Source: an uncultured Candidatus Binatia bacterium
GTDB taxonomy: Bacteria; Desulfobacterota; Binatia; UBA9968; CAXXLF01
Assembly (NCBI GenBank): GCA_965218425.1
Contig: OZ244621.1
Span: 4,256,001-4,320,000 of the forward strand
Direction: 5' to 3'
DNA: 64,000 bases
The notes under the pieces were generated by a model. It was given only the letters and a program-made list of their open reading frames with translations. It was not told where the DNA came from and searched no databases. Below, piece by piece: positions 10,045 to 18,985 of this stretch. A program made the translations under genes and the position numbers. How positions within the stretch are numbered: the stretch's first letter is position 1; the number at the start of each line of letters is the position of its first letter.

Positions 10045-11121
10045 CTACCCTTGGTACTCCGGGGCCGGTTCCAGCATCTCCAACCCCGAACCCAGGTCCA
10101 CTCCCCAAACGTGGACCAAGTTGGGTTCGGACACCAGCAACCTCGCGGGTTTACTTGGGTCTGAATTGAAATGCTGATGGACAACGCCATGGGAACTAAG
10201 AGGGAGCAGAACAATCTCATTCTCCTCCCAATCATGGCGGACCCCGTCTATCACGGTGCTGCCTTTCCCCTCCAGGACGTAGTGAAACCTGCCACCTTGA
10301 TGAAGCTGTTTGCCGGAACGACTTCCACCCGGTATCTCCTGCACGTACATCATCTGGGCCCGACAGGCTACATCTTTTATATGAGGATGAACATACCAGC
10401 GGAACAAACCCATGGGATTGGACTCCAATGGTAACGACTTCCCCTGAACGACCATTCGAGCGTGCTTCATTTGCTCCCGTTGCTCATCGCGGATTCTAAA
10501 CAGGGCGTCGAAAAGGGTGTTCCCCCGTGGAGAGTCGTCTCTATCCGTCGTACGCGCATGGTTTACCATCGGAGCCACCCTTCGATCCTGTAATCCTTTC
10601 TTATCCGCCCACTCCGGGTTAACTTCGATCTGCTCGATCCAATTGGCGATAGCGAAGTTCTTGTGCGGTGTATAACCCACCCTCATCCACAGGGCAGGAA
10701 CGCCGGGATCGAGATTGAAGTGTTGATGGGCAACGCCTCCCGGTACCATGGGCAAGATAGTCAGATCGCCAGCCCCCCAATCATGGCGCACACCGTTCAC
10801 CATGCTATACCCCCTGCCGCCCAAGACAAAGATAAAAGTTCCGCCTTGGTGCCGGTGCATTCCCGAGTGCTTATGAATCTCCTGTTGGAAGACAAGCCAG
10901 CCGGGGGCCGCCATACCTTCCGATCGCTCAGTTAGAAAGTACTTGAGCCGGCCCTGGCGGTTAAGCTCCCACGGCAGCTCCTTACCCTTGACAATGACTT
11001 TCCCTTCGGCCAACCGCCTGTTTCGTACTTCTTTGGCACGAACCATTTGGTCGTAATCTGTTTCCTTGGGTTCGGGCTCTCGGGTTTTAGTGCGAGTTGT
11101 TTCGCGCTCGCTCATACTCAT
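10045..11121 (-). CDS. Tandem (internally duplicated) cupin protein
   Basis: Two repeats of VxGKxLPxExNxxG...SGxxxHQGG...GVRHDW...HQHFNxDP. Confidence 0.85.
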   Translation of the reverse strand: MSMSERETTRTKTREPEPKETDYDQMVRAKEVRNRRLAEGKVIVKGKELPWELNRQGRLKYFLTERSEGMAAPGWLVFQQEIHKHSGMHRHQGGTFIFVLGGRGYSMVNGVRHDWGAGDLTILPMVPGGVAHQHFNLDPGVPALWMRVGYTPHKNFAIANWIEQIEVNPEWADKKGLQDRRVAPMVNHARTTDRDDSPRGNTLFDALFRIRDEQREQMKHARMVVQGKSLPLESNPMGLFRWYVHPHIKDVACRAQMMYVQEIPGGSRSGKQLHQGGRFHYVLEGKGSTVIDGVRHDWEENEIVLLPLSSHGVVHQHFNSDPSKPARLLVSEPNLVHVWGVDLGSGLEMLEPAPEYQG

Positions 11122-11216
11122 GCCCCCTTGCTGTTTTTACTCTCACCCAGGTTGGACAGGAGGGAAGTAAATGACACCGGAGTCCAATGGTATTGTTTCC
11201 TTAAAAGGTCAGCCTA

Positions 11217-12356
11217 TCACCTCTTCCACACTTTATTGATAAGCTTTAAAACCGGACGATCATTTCTGTGTTCGGGTGCATCCATGTCGAAAAACTTAGC
11301 ATTCTTCGATCGGCGAAAATCCGAAGGAACCATGTCTTTGGGAATATCTATTCTACGCGAGTCAGCACCTTCCGCTTGTTTAGAAGAAATGTTTTGTACT
11401 GCTAGCTGGCCCTCCCGCGACAGGAACCAGTTAACAAAGAGCTTCACCGCATTGGAATGAGGAGCCCTGTTAACCACTGCAATATGAGCCGGCCCGCCAC
11501 TGATGGCCACAGCCTCTTTAAAGTGCCCGGGACGAAACCAATTCACCGGCAGTCCTTGGGCCTTTGCCACATTCAATGTCGACGAATGCACGGCAGTCCG
11601 AAGCGCAATGGCGTATTTTCCCCTAGCCAACCAATCGGTGATCTGGCGACGGTCGCGGCTTGCGGCAATCTCCATTTCAGTGAAGAGCCGTTTCAAGTAA
11701 CGAGGTCCCAGCTCCGGATTATAATAAAAGTAGCTCAACAGGCGTGAGCCGCGGGCGCGGGGAGAGTAAGTGACAATCTTTCCCTTCCACTTTGGATCGA
11801 GGATATCCCAATAAGACTTTATCTGATCCGGGTTCACCAGTTTCGTATTGTATGATACGTCCACGCCGGGGTTTGAGGCATACTTGAAAAGATATTTCCC
11901 CTGCTTGTCGGCAAAGTAGTGTCTCCCTTCAAACCATTTCGACTTATCCAAAACTTCAGGGAGCACCATATAGGGTTCTAGAGGGTCAAGGGCGCCTGCT
12001 CTGGCCAACCTGCCACCCGACCCCGCTCCTAGATGCACCAGGTCCGCGATGTAAACCCTAGCCCTTCGTTCGGCCATTAATCGTTGATGGGCTGCGCTAC
12101 CCCCGCGGGTCAACATTCGAACGGCCTTTATTTCCGGAAATTTCTTCCGAAACTCACCAAAATAAGCTTCAGCGGAATTGCCGGAGTGGTAAACAAGCTT
12201 CCCTTCTTTCTTGGCTGCCTGGATGGTCATCTCCCAATCTTTTTGCCAATTCCCGCTTTGCCCCAGAGTTTGGGCCGGCGAACCGATGACCAGAAACAAA
12301 CCTAATAATATTGCCGTGAAAAACATCCAGCTACTGTGGTTAATGAACTCCTTCAT
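11217..12356 (-). CDS. ABC transporter substrate-binding protein, close paralog of 6965..8104
   Basis: Signal peptide, AAKKEGKLVYH, APHSNAVKLFVNWFLSREGQ. ATG at 12356 follows AAGGAG. Confidence 0.9.
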   Translation of the reverse strand: MKEFINHSSWMFFTAILLGLFLVIGSPAQTLGQSGNWQKDWEMTIQAAKKEGKLVYHSGNSAEAYFGEFRKKFPEIKAVRMLTRGGSAAHQRLMAERRARVYIADLVHLGAGSGGRLARAGALDPLEPYMVLPEVLDKSKWFEGRHYFADKQGKYLFKYASNPGVDVSYNTKLVNPDQIKSYWDILDPKWKGKIVTYSPRARGSRLLSYFYYNPELGPRYLKRLFTEMEIAASRDRRQITDWLARGKYAIALRTAVHSSTLNVAKAQGLPVNWFRPGHFKEAVAISGGPAHIAVVNRAPHSNAVKLFVNWFLSREGQLAVQNISSKQAEGADSRRIDIPKDMVPSDFRRSKNAKFFDMDAPEHRNDRPVLKLINKVWKR

Positions 12357-12630
12357 AAACACTCCTTTCTTTCACTTTCACTGTGATCTGATTCGATATG
12401 TTTTTAACAGGCTGGCTGCCTCCATCGCCAGGTAAGTGGGATAACCGCACTTGGGTCAGAAGCTTCGGACCGCAGGATTCAATGATATCAGGCGTGTGCC
12501 GTGGTGTGTGTTTACTCGATTTCCCCCGGGCAGTCAAATCACATTTTTTAATACGCTACTTGACGGGCCTGAGGGGTAGTGTTATGGGATTGGCATTATT
12601 GACTGAGTTGCCGTTCATTAGCTGAGGAGG

Positions 12631-13605
12631 GTGCCACTTTTGACTGCCCAGTTATCATCCAATGTCGTCTTCCAGGGCGTCAAGATCGGAGTCGGATGGG
12701 CTGGTTCGTACAGGATGACGCAGGTTTTTGCACGCGCCGTCCAAGGTGCCGCTCCCGTTGCCATCATCGCTCCCGCCCTCAACCGCCTGGATTGGGTGTG
12801 CGGCGGAGAACTGGACCTGGGGTGGGTGTTCCCGGCGGTTCGGGCAAAGTGGGCGCACGAAGGAATGCGATCCTGGGAAGGAAAACCGTTGACTAATCTC
12901 CGTTCCGTTGCGCGGTTTCCCAGAATCGATCGGCAGTTGTTTGCTCTGGCTCCCTGGTGCCCCGTCAAGGACCTTGCACAGATCGGCCGGGAGAAGCGCG
13001 CGGTCAGATTGTGCCTCCGCACGGATGAGTTCTACGAGCATGAGAATGCGATCTTGCAGCAGTACGGCTGCTCGCTGGCGGACATCGAAACCTGGGGAGG
13101 CCGATGGTGGCGCGTGGGTGTAGGCTCGACGGCACTCGATGAAGAGATCAAGAACCGGGACGTGGATCTGGTCATCGGCCATGCCTCCACAGAAGGGGTC
13201 TGGCAAACCGTGGCTGCCAAAGGGTTTCGATTCGTAGGGCTGGACGAGCACGTGACGGCAGGCTTAGCGAAAGAGGGTTATTCGCGCAACACCATTCCCG
13301 CAGGGTTCCTGCCGGGTATCCAGGAGCCGTTACTGACCATCGATCTATCGGATAACCTCCTGATCACCCGCGCAGAAGTAGACGACGGCATTATCTATAC
13401 CATTGCCAAGAGCATCGACCGAAACAGAAAGCGCATTGAGGAAGCCTCCATCAGCGTGAGCTATACCTATAACCGACAACTGCCCTTACCTTTTATTACC
13501 TACTCGTCGACACTGACTGAGCCGATCACGGATCAATGGGAGACGAAGATTCCACTCCATCCTGGTGCCCAGCGCTATTATAAAGAGGCGGGCCACCTGA
13601 CTTGA
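12631..13605 (+). CDS. TAXI/periplasmic-binding-fold protein without signal peptide
   Basis: LRSVARFP, VKDLAQI, LITRAEVDDGIIYTIAKSI and IPLHPGAQRYYKEAGHL (TAXI C-terminal signature). RBS GAGGAGG. Confidence 0.75.
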   Translation: MPLLTAQLSSNVVFQGVKIGVGWAGSYRMTQVFARAVQGAAPVAIIAPALNRLDWVCGGELDLGWVFPAVRAKWAHEGMRSWEGKPLTNLRSVARFPRIDRQLFALAPWCPVKDLAQIGREKRAVRLCLRTDEFYEHENAILQQYGCSLADIETWGGRWWRVGVGSTALDEEIKNRDVDLVIGHASTEGVWQTVAAKGFRFVGLDEHVTAGLAKEGYSRNTIPAGFLPGIQEPLLTIDLSDNLLITRAEVDDGIIYTIAKSIDRNRKRIEEASISVSYTYNRQLPLPFITYSSTLTEPITDQWETKIPLHPGAQRYYKEAGHLT

Positions 13606-13673
13606 ATAGGGCATGAAGTATTGTACTAGGCCGACGGCTCGAACCATATGAAAGCGAACCGAAGGATAAGACC

Positions 13674-15047
13674 ATGGCGCACCTGATCAAAGAGCCCTTC
13701 AGCGGCTATTACCATAGAGAGATCCCTGAGCATGACCGGGAGCTGACCGAAGTGGGGCCCGGAACACCCTGCGGAGAGTATCTGCGCCGCTTCTGGCACC
13801 CGGTGGGGCTGACCTCGGGACTAAAAGACCTGCCCAAGCGCATTCGGGTGATGGGTGAGGACCTCGTACTGTTCCGCGACGGTCGCGGTAAAATCGGACT
13901 TCTTGAACTCCACTGCCCCCACCGCGGCACGTCACTGGAGTATGGGATGGTGGCGGGGTGCGGAATTCGTTGCTGCTATCATGGTTGGCTTATGGACGTG
14001 GATGGCCGGGTGTTGGAGACGCCGGGGGAACCTCCCGAGAGCACATTCAAGGACCGTTTTTTCCATGGGGCCTATCCCACAATCGAGTACAAGGGGCTGA
14101 TCTTCGCCTACATGGGACCGCCGGAGCATCGTCCCGAATTTCCCATCTACGATTCATTCCAACTACCGGGCTACCGGATGGTGCCCGGCGGAGAAACCGA
14201 AGAGAAATACATCTATGACTGCAACTGGCTTCAGTTGGCCGAGAATAACGCTGACCAGGTGCACTTCGTTTTTCTCCACGACCCGGAGGAGGCCCGCGTA
14301 AAGCTAGATCGTCACCGTCCGAGCATTACCGGCGGGCCTTTAGAGGATTACTTCCAAGTCGGGCTCAAAAACTTTGAGGCTGATCTCACGGCCATTCGGG
14401 AGGACTTTCAGTCAAGGGTGATAGAGTGGCAGGAAAGCCCCCTCGGGGTGATTAGTATCCACACCCGGCGGGTGGGTGATTTAGTTTGGGTACGCCTGGG
14501 GGACTACATCATGCCCAACGTCGACCAGTTTGCCCCCAGCCGCTTTCGGCCCACAGGAGAGCTGGAATTCGGGCCGCTGTACATGACGGCCTGGACGGTT
14601 CCCGTTGATGACACCCACACCGTCGGGTACCAGTTCCGATATGCTTTGGAAAACACAGAGCAGCGGTCTGTGTCGCACCCGCTGAGAAGCTCGCAGTCCA
14701 TTAATCGAACCTATGAAGAACGCCAGCGCCAGCCGGGGGACTTCGAGGCGCAAGAGAGCCAGCGCCCCATCGCCGTCCACGCACTGGAACACCTGGGTGC
14801 CACGGACCGGGGTGTTACCCTCGTCCGGAAATTGCTCAGAGAAGGAATCCGCGCGTTGCAGAGAGGCGAAGACCCCAAGCGAGCGGCCTCACATAATGGA
14901 AAGGCGATCTCGACCTATTGCAGAAACACCGTGCTTCGGATGCCGCCGGCGGATACCCCCGAGGCCGACAGAGAGTTGCTCCGCCACACGGGCCGTAAAG
15001 TCGCAGCCGCTCTGCTCTCGGGGCGACCTGTTTCTACCGCGGACTAA
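13674..15047 (+). CDS. Rieske oxygenase alpha subunit
   Basis: VGPGTPCGEYLRRFWHP; CPHRG...CCYHGW; ENNADQVHFVFLH; EHLGATDRGV. Confidence 0.92.
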   Translation: MAHLIKEPFSGYYHREIPEHDRELTEVGPGTPCGEYLRRFWHPVGLTSGLKDLPKRIRVMGEDLVLFRDGRGKIGLLELHCPHRGTSLEYGMVAGCGIRCCYHGWLMDVDGRVLETPGEPPESTFKDRFFHGAYPTIEYKGLIFAYMGPPEHRPEFPIYDSFQLPGYRMVPGGETEEKYIYDCNWLQLAENNADQVHFVFLHDPEEARVKLDRHRPSITGGPLEDYFQVGLKNFEADLTAIREDFQSRVIEWQESPLGVISIHTRRVGDLVWVRLGDYIMPNVDQFAPSRFRPTGELEFGPLYMTAWTVPVDDTHTVGYQFRYALENTEQRSVSHPLRSSQSINRTYEERQRQPGDFEAQESQRPIAVHALEHLGATDRGVTLVRKLLREGIRALQRGEDPKRAASHNGKAISTYCRNTVLRMPPADTPEADRELLRHTGRKVAAALLSGRPVSTAD

Positions 15048-15078
15048 TTTCCGGACGCTATCCTGTCCTTGTTTTTTA

Positions 15079-16263
15079 TTATTCCGTTTTCATTCCGTCG
15101 CTTGGATCGCTTATCCGCGCATTTTTCTCGAAATATTTACGTAGACCAACGATGGAGCTGTCAGGCCTAAATAGCTGCTCCGGCGCCGAATAGTCCAAGT
15201 GTTCCACAATCCACTTGTCTTGTCCCTCGTTGAACCATTTGTGGAACACCCAGCGATGCCAAAGCCAATATTGGAGCCGAAACGCCAGCCCTTTTAGCCC
15301 ATGAAACCGTCCGGCCAACATCTGAAAGTTGCGAGTGTGTTTTGCATCGATGGGGACGGACCACCGGATATGGGTATAGTAGGTATAGTGGTTCACGATA
15401 ACGCATGGAAGGCGGAAGGCTTGAATCATAGGTTTGCCCTTAGGGTCGAATTTTTTACGAGCTCTAGCCAGGGCTTTTCGCAACCAGCTGTGACGCGGCC
15501 AGAGGCCGAAGCCCGGATAATTTGCCTCAAACCCTATAGGACCCCGTCGCCGCTGAATCAGATATTTACCTTGTACCTCACTATCTACCTTCCCTGCCCA
15601 GGCCGGCGGCAGGTTAAACTGAGATTGCCACCGAAAACTATACCTGTGGACGTACGTGGCGTGGGACGCGTCGTACCCGTTTTCAACCGCAGCTCGCCAA
15701 TCACTCTTCCAGACGGAGGTGACGGACTCAAAAACGTATTCCGGTTTCAACACTTCTTCCGGAATGTCTTCCTCGAGTGCCGGCGGGTTGCCGTCTCCCA
15801 TGTACACGTAGATGACTCGATTTCGCTCCTCCACCGGGTAGCTGCGAACCCCCTTTCCTTTCTTGCCCACAACTGTCGACTCAGGCCCGTCCGTTAGAGC
15901 CGCAATCAGCTCCCCGTCGCGCAAGTTGTACGTCCACCCATGATAGGGACAGGTTAACGTGCCTTCTGACCAGCACTTGCCTTCGGATAATGGCATGCCC
16001 CGGTGCGCACATCGATCAAAGAGCGCATAGGGCCGTTTGTTGACTCGCACAAATACCAGTTTCTCGCCAAGCAGCATTTGAGATTTAGGTTTCTTCCCTA
16101 GCTGCCTGGATAGGAGAGCAGGATACCAGTAGTGGCGAAACCCCAATTCTGCCGCTTCATAGCGAGGGCCCTTCGTGCTTCTCAGCTGGTGGTCATGCTC
16201 GGTTACATCATATTCTGATTCCGTGGCGACCTTTTCAGGCATTCGACGCATTGTTTTAGCCAT
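15079..16263 (-). CDS. Rieske oxygenase of the carbazole 1,9a-dioxygenase (CarAa)/2-oxoquinoline 8-monooxygenase (OxoO) type
   Basis: YEAAELGFRHYWYPAL, DRCAHRG...TLTCPYHGWTY, YPVEE...GDGNPPALEED, WRAAVENGYDASH. Start moved to ATG 16263 behind GGAGG. Confidence 0.85.
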   Translation of the reverse strand: MAKTMRRMPEKVATESEYDVTEHDHQLRSTKGPRYEAAELGFRHYWYPALLSRQLGKKPKSQMLLGEKLVFVRVNKRPYALFDRCAHRGMPLSEGKCWSEGTLTCPYHGWTYNLRDGELIAALTDGPESTVVGKKGKGVRSYPVEERNRVIYVYMGDGNPPALEEDIPEEVLKPEYVFESVTSVWKSDWRAAVENGYDASHATYVHRYSFRWQSQFNLPPAWAGKVDSEVQGKYLIQRRRGPIGFEANYPGFGLWPRHSWLRKALARARKKFDPKGKPMIQAFRLPCVIVNHYTYYTHIRWSVPIDAKHTRNFQMLAGRFHGLKGLAFRLQYWLWHRWVFHKWFNEGQDKWIVEHLDYSAPEQLFRPDSSIVGLRKYFEKNARISDPSDGMKTE

Positions 16264-16364
16264 CTTACCAACCCTCCATGGGGGAATTACCTCAATTTCG
16301 ACCCTGATGACAACTGCTCGATCACTATGACATGGCCAATTCGCACCTCTGACCCGGGTGACAC

Positions 16365-17327
16365 TCAGGCCAGATAGCCGCGGTCGCGCCAAAAGCGTTC
16401 GGCGGCAGGATGAAGCGGAATAACCAACGGCGTATCGGGCGTGTTGCGGCACATGCGTTCAAGGGGAAGCGGGCCTTCGCCTTGCCAGGGGATCCGATCC
16501 CTGCGGGCCACCAGTGCCCGGCAGAAAGCCCTGATGAGATCGTCGGGCGAGTCCGCATGGGTGAAAACGGCCCATCCGCTGAAGTCCAGGCTCACGACGT
16601 CGGCCGGCAATTTCGGGTAGTCGGCCTTGGGGATGACCCCGCGCCGAAAGCCTACCTTTTCCAACTTGGCCAGGAGCGGCCCACCAAGCGACAACGGCCG
16701 TATTCCATGATCAAGCGCCTTGTAGGCCCAGCGGTTGATCGCCTCGTCAAAGACGGCGTCGACTTCCCCTCGCTCTATGGCGCCGAGGCGCTCAGAGGCC
16801 TGGGGAATGGAGGCGTCGTAGCGGATCTCGCCACCCCAAGATTTAATATTCTCCAGCGAGAAACCCGCGGCATTCAACGTGTGCTTGATAAAGAAGTGGG
16901 TGGAATGGCCTTGCTGTTTTCTAAGCGACACGCGAAGCGGCACCCGCCTCTCGCGGATCTCTTCAAGGGACGTGACACCCGTGCGCTCGGAGACCGCGAA
17001 ACCGATCTGATCCTCCGAGGGGATCACCGTGACGATTCTGAGGGGTAACGGCTTGTTAAACGGTCCCGTGCCACGATAGGCCATTGTCAGGGGATCCACC
17101 GGGTTCATGATTGCGATCTGGACCTTTCCCGACACGACTTCGTCTATCACCGTCGGGTCATCGCTGGCGAAGAGAGTCAACGGCCAGCCGGCGGTTCCCT
17201 GGGACCGCAGGCTCACCGTGGCCTGCCGCTGCACCCAATCCTTCTCACCCACCAATTCCGAGGCCACCTCCAGCATCAGGCGCGACCGCGTCGTCGCAGG
17301 CACGGCAAATTGTCCATGATCGATCAT
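16365..17327 (-). CDS. TAXI/periplasmic-binding-fold protein without signal peptide
   Basis: AYRGTGPF..PLRIV, GVTSLEEI, GEVDAVF, IPLHPAAERFWRDRGYL; paralog of 12631. Confidence 0.75.
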   Translation of the reverse strand: MIDHGQFAVPATTRSRLMLEVASELVGEKDWVQRQATVSLRSQGTAGWPLTLFASDDPTVIDEVVSGKVQIAIMNPVDPLTMAYRGTGPFNKPLPLRIVTVIPSEDQIGFAVSERTGVTSLEEIRERRVPLRVSLRKQQGHSTHFFIKHTLNAAGFSLENIKSWGGEIRYDASIPQASERLGAIERGEVDAVFDEAINRWAYKALDHGIRPLSLGGPLLAKLEKVGFRRGVIPKADYPKLPADVVSLDFSGWAVFTHADSPDDLIRAFCRALVARRDRIPWQGEGPLPLERMCRNTPDTPLVIPLHPAAERFWRDRGYLA

Positions 17328-17447
17328 CCCATGACCCCTTCAACTCCACCTCTTGTGGTCCGAGTGCCTTTAGATGCGGTATTCACAGCCGGGATTTAAT
17401 CTAAATCAAAGACCTCCGACCCCTTTCCCCCTGCTCCTTTTATTTGG

Positions 17448-18698
17448 TCATCGAGGACCGGGTCTTGCGGAACCGACGGGCACTTCAAATTCTTCATGCC
17501 GGTGGTCAATTACCTCATCCAGTGACCGCCGCGGGCCCTCATACGCGTTGGCCGTGGCGCCGGTCCGGGTCTCTCGAGGCGGCGTCCATGCTTCCAGGTC
17601 GATGGAGACGTTGTCCTTGGCATCCCAAACCAGAGCCATGGGGTCGCCGCCCTTTTCTACGATCCGAATTTGATCTCGAAGCATCTCGCGAAACATGAGA
17701 ATCCCCCGGTCCGACGCGCCAAGGTGTTCTCCGGACCGATCGTAAAGACGTCCCTGGGTTTCCCAAGCCATCCCGTCCTGGGAGGAAAAGTTGCGCAGGT
17801 GATAGTCGCCTTTCTCGTCCATCCAGGACTTCTCGTAATCCACCGACGGCTCGTCCGGCTGTTCCACCCGGCTCCCGTCGGGAGACGCTTTAAATCCCAC
17901 GTGAAAGATCGTCGTGCTGTAATCGTCGATGGGAACCCGCCAATGGAGCGTGCTCAGGGTGTCCGTTTGGCGCAGCATGTTGGGGAAAAGGGCAAAGTTA
18001 CCCCATCCCCGGCCGGCCTTTTCTCCTTCGAACTCCCAGGTTTTGATAATTCCCCCGGGACAGGGTTGGAAACCGTAGCGCGAAAACGGACGCGTGTAAA
18101 AACTCACGTCCTCCGACACCCCCTGCCGCTTGATCATGTGACCGTGCAGGAAAACGGTATGGACAAAATCTGCGGTATTTTCCTCCGCCTGAAGCCAATT
18201 GCAGTTGAGCAGGGGGCGGATCTGCAGTTTTCGCACGCCATGGCCCCACACGAGAATGTCCCAACGAGGGAGCAGGGGTTTTTTATCCGGGGGCCCCAGG
18301 TACGCGAACAATAAGCCGGCCAGTTTTTCCACGGGATACGCCGTGTGACGGATGCTCTGTTTGAAGCGGGGATTCGGCTCGAAGGGCTGCTCGATACACC
18401 TCCCCTCCTTGTCGTACATCCACCCGTGGTACGCGCACCGGATACAGCCATCCTCCACGAAGCCGTAATACAAGGACGTCCCCCTGTGCGAGCAGTGTTC
18501 CGCTACCAATCCAAAGCCCCCCTTGCCGTCTCTGTACAGGATCAGTTCCTCTCCCAAGATCTTCACCCGCTTCTTGGGTCTATCCTCCGTCAGCTCGCTG
18601 GCCGCCGCCACCGGATGCCAATAGCGCCGGAACAGATTTCCGCACGCCGTCCCGGGACCCACATGGGTCAGTAACTCGTTTTCTTCCCTGGTAAGCAT
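17448..18698 (-). CDS. Rieske oxygenase alpha subunit
   Basis: MLTREENELLTHVGPGT; CSHRG...CAYHGW; ENTADFVHTVFLH; QDGMAWETQG. Confidence 0.92.
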   Translation of the reverse strand: MLTREENELLTHVGPGTACGNLFRRYWHPVAAASELTEDRPKKRVKILGEELILYRDGKGGFGLVAEHCSHRGTSLYYGFVEDGCIRCAYHGWMYDKEGRCIEQPFEPNPRFKQSIRHTAYPVEKLAGLLFAYLGPPDKKPLLPRWDILVWGHGVRKLQIRPLLNCNWLQAEENTADFVHTVFLHGHMIKRQGVSEDVSFYTRPFSRYGFQPCPGGIIKTWEFEGEKAGRGWGNFALFPNMLRQTDTLSTLHWRVPIDDYSTTIFHVGFKASPDGSRVEQPDEPSVDYEKSWMDEKGDYHLRNFSSQDGMAWETQGRLYDRSGEHLGASDRGILMFREMLRDQIRIVEKGGDPMALVWDAKDNVSIDLEAWTPPRETRTGATANAYEGPRRSLDEVIDHRHEEFEVPVGSARPGPR

Positions 18699-18834
18699 AA
18701 GCTGCTCTCCGTGTTAAAGCTCATTAACCCCGAGACACTATACTATTGAGGTGGAACCCAATGTCAAGATCATGATTTGATCCGGCTCACGAGGCCCCAT
18801 TGGTCGAATGGCTTTAAGGAAGTTTTTTTGCGCA

Positions 18835-18924
18835 TGAAAAATATGAAGGAAGGCTAATTAAAAAATGCGGGAACCGGCCGAATCAAATCGTACCATCGGT
18901 TTCCATTGATGAACGTCAACCGAC
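18835..18924. repeat. ~90-bp intergenic direct repeat, copy 1
   Basis: Gapless 70/90 match to 22105..22194. Confidence 0.85.
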
Positions 18925-18985
18925 GATCACAGGCCCCTTTGTGACTCCTCTGCCTTCGTGCTCCCAAGGCCTCATCAAGGGAATC

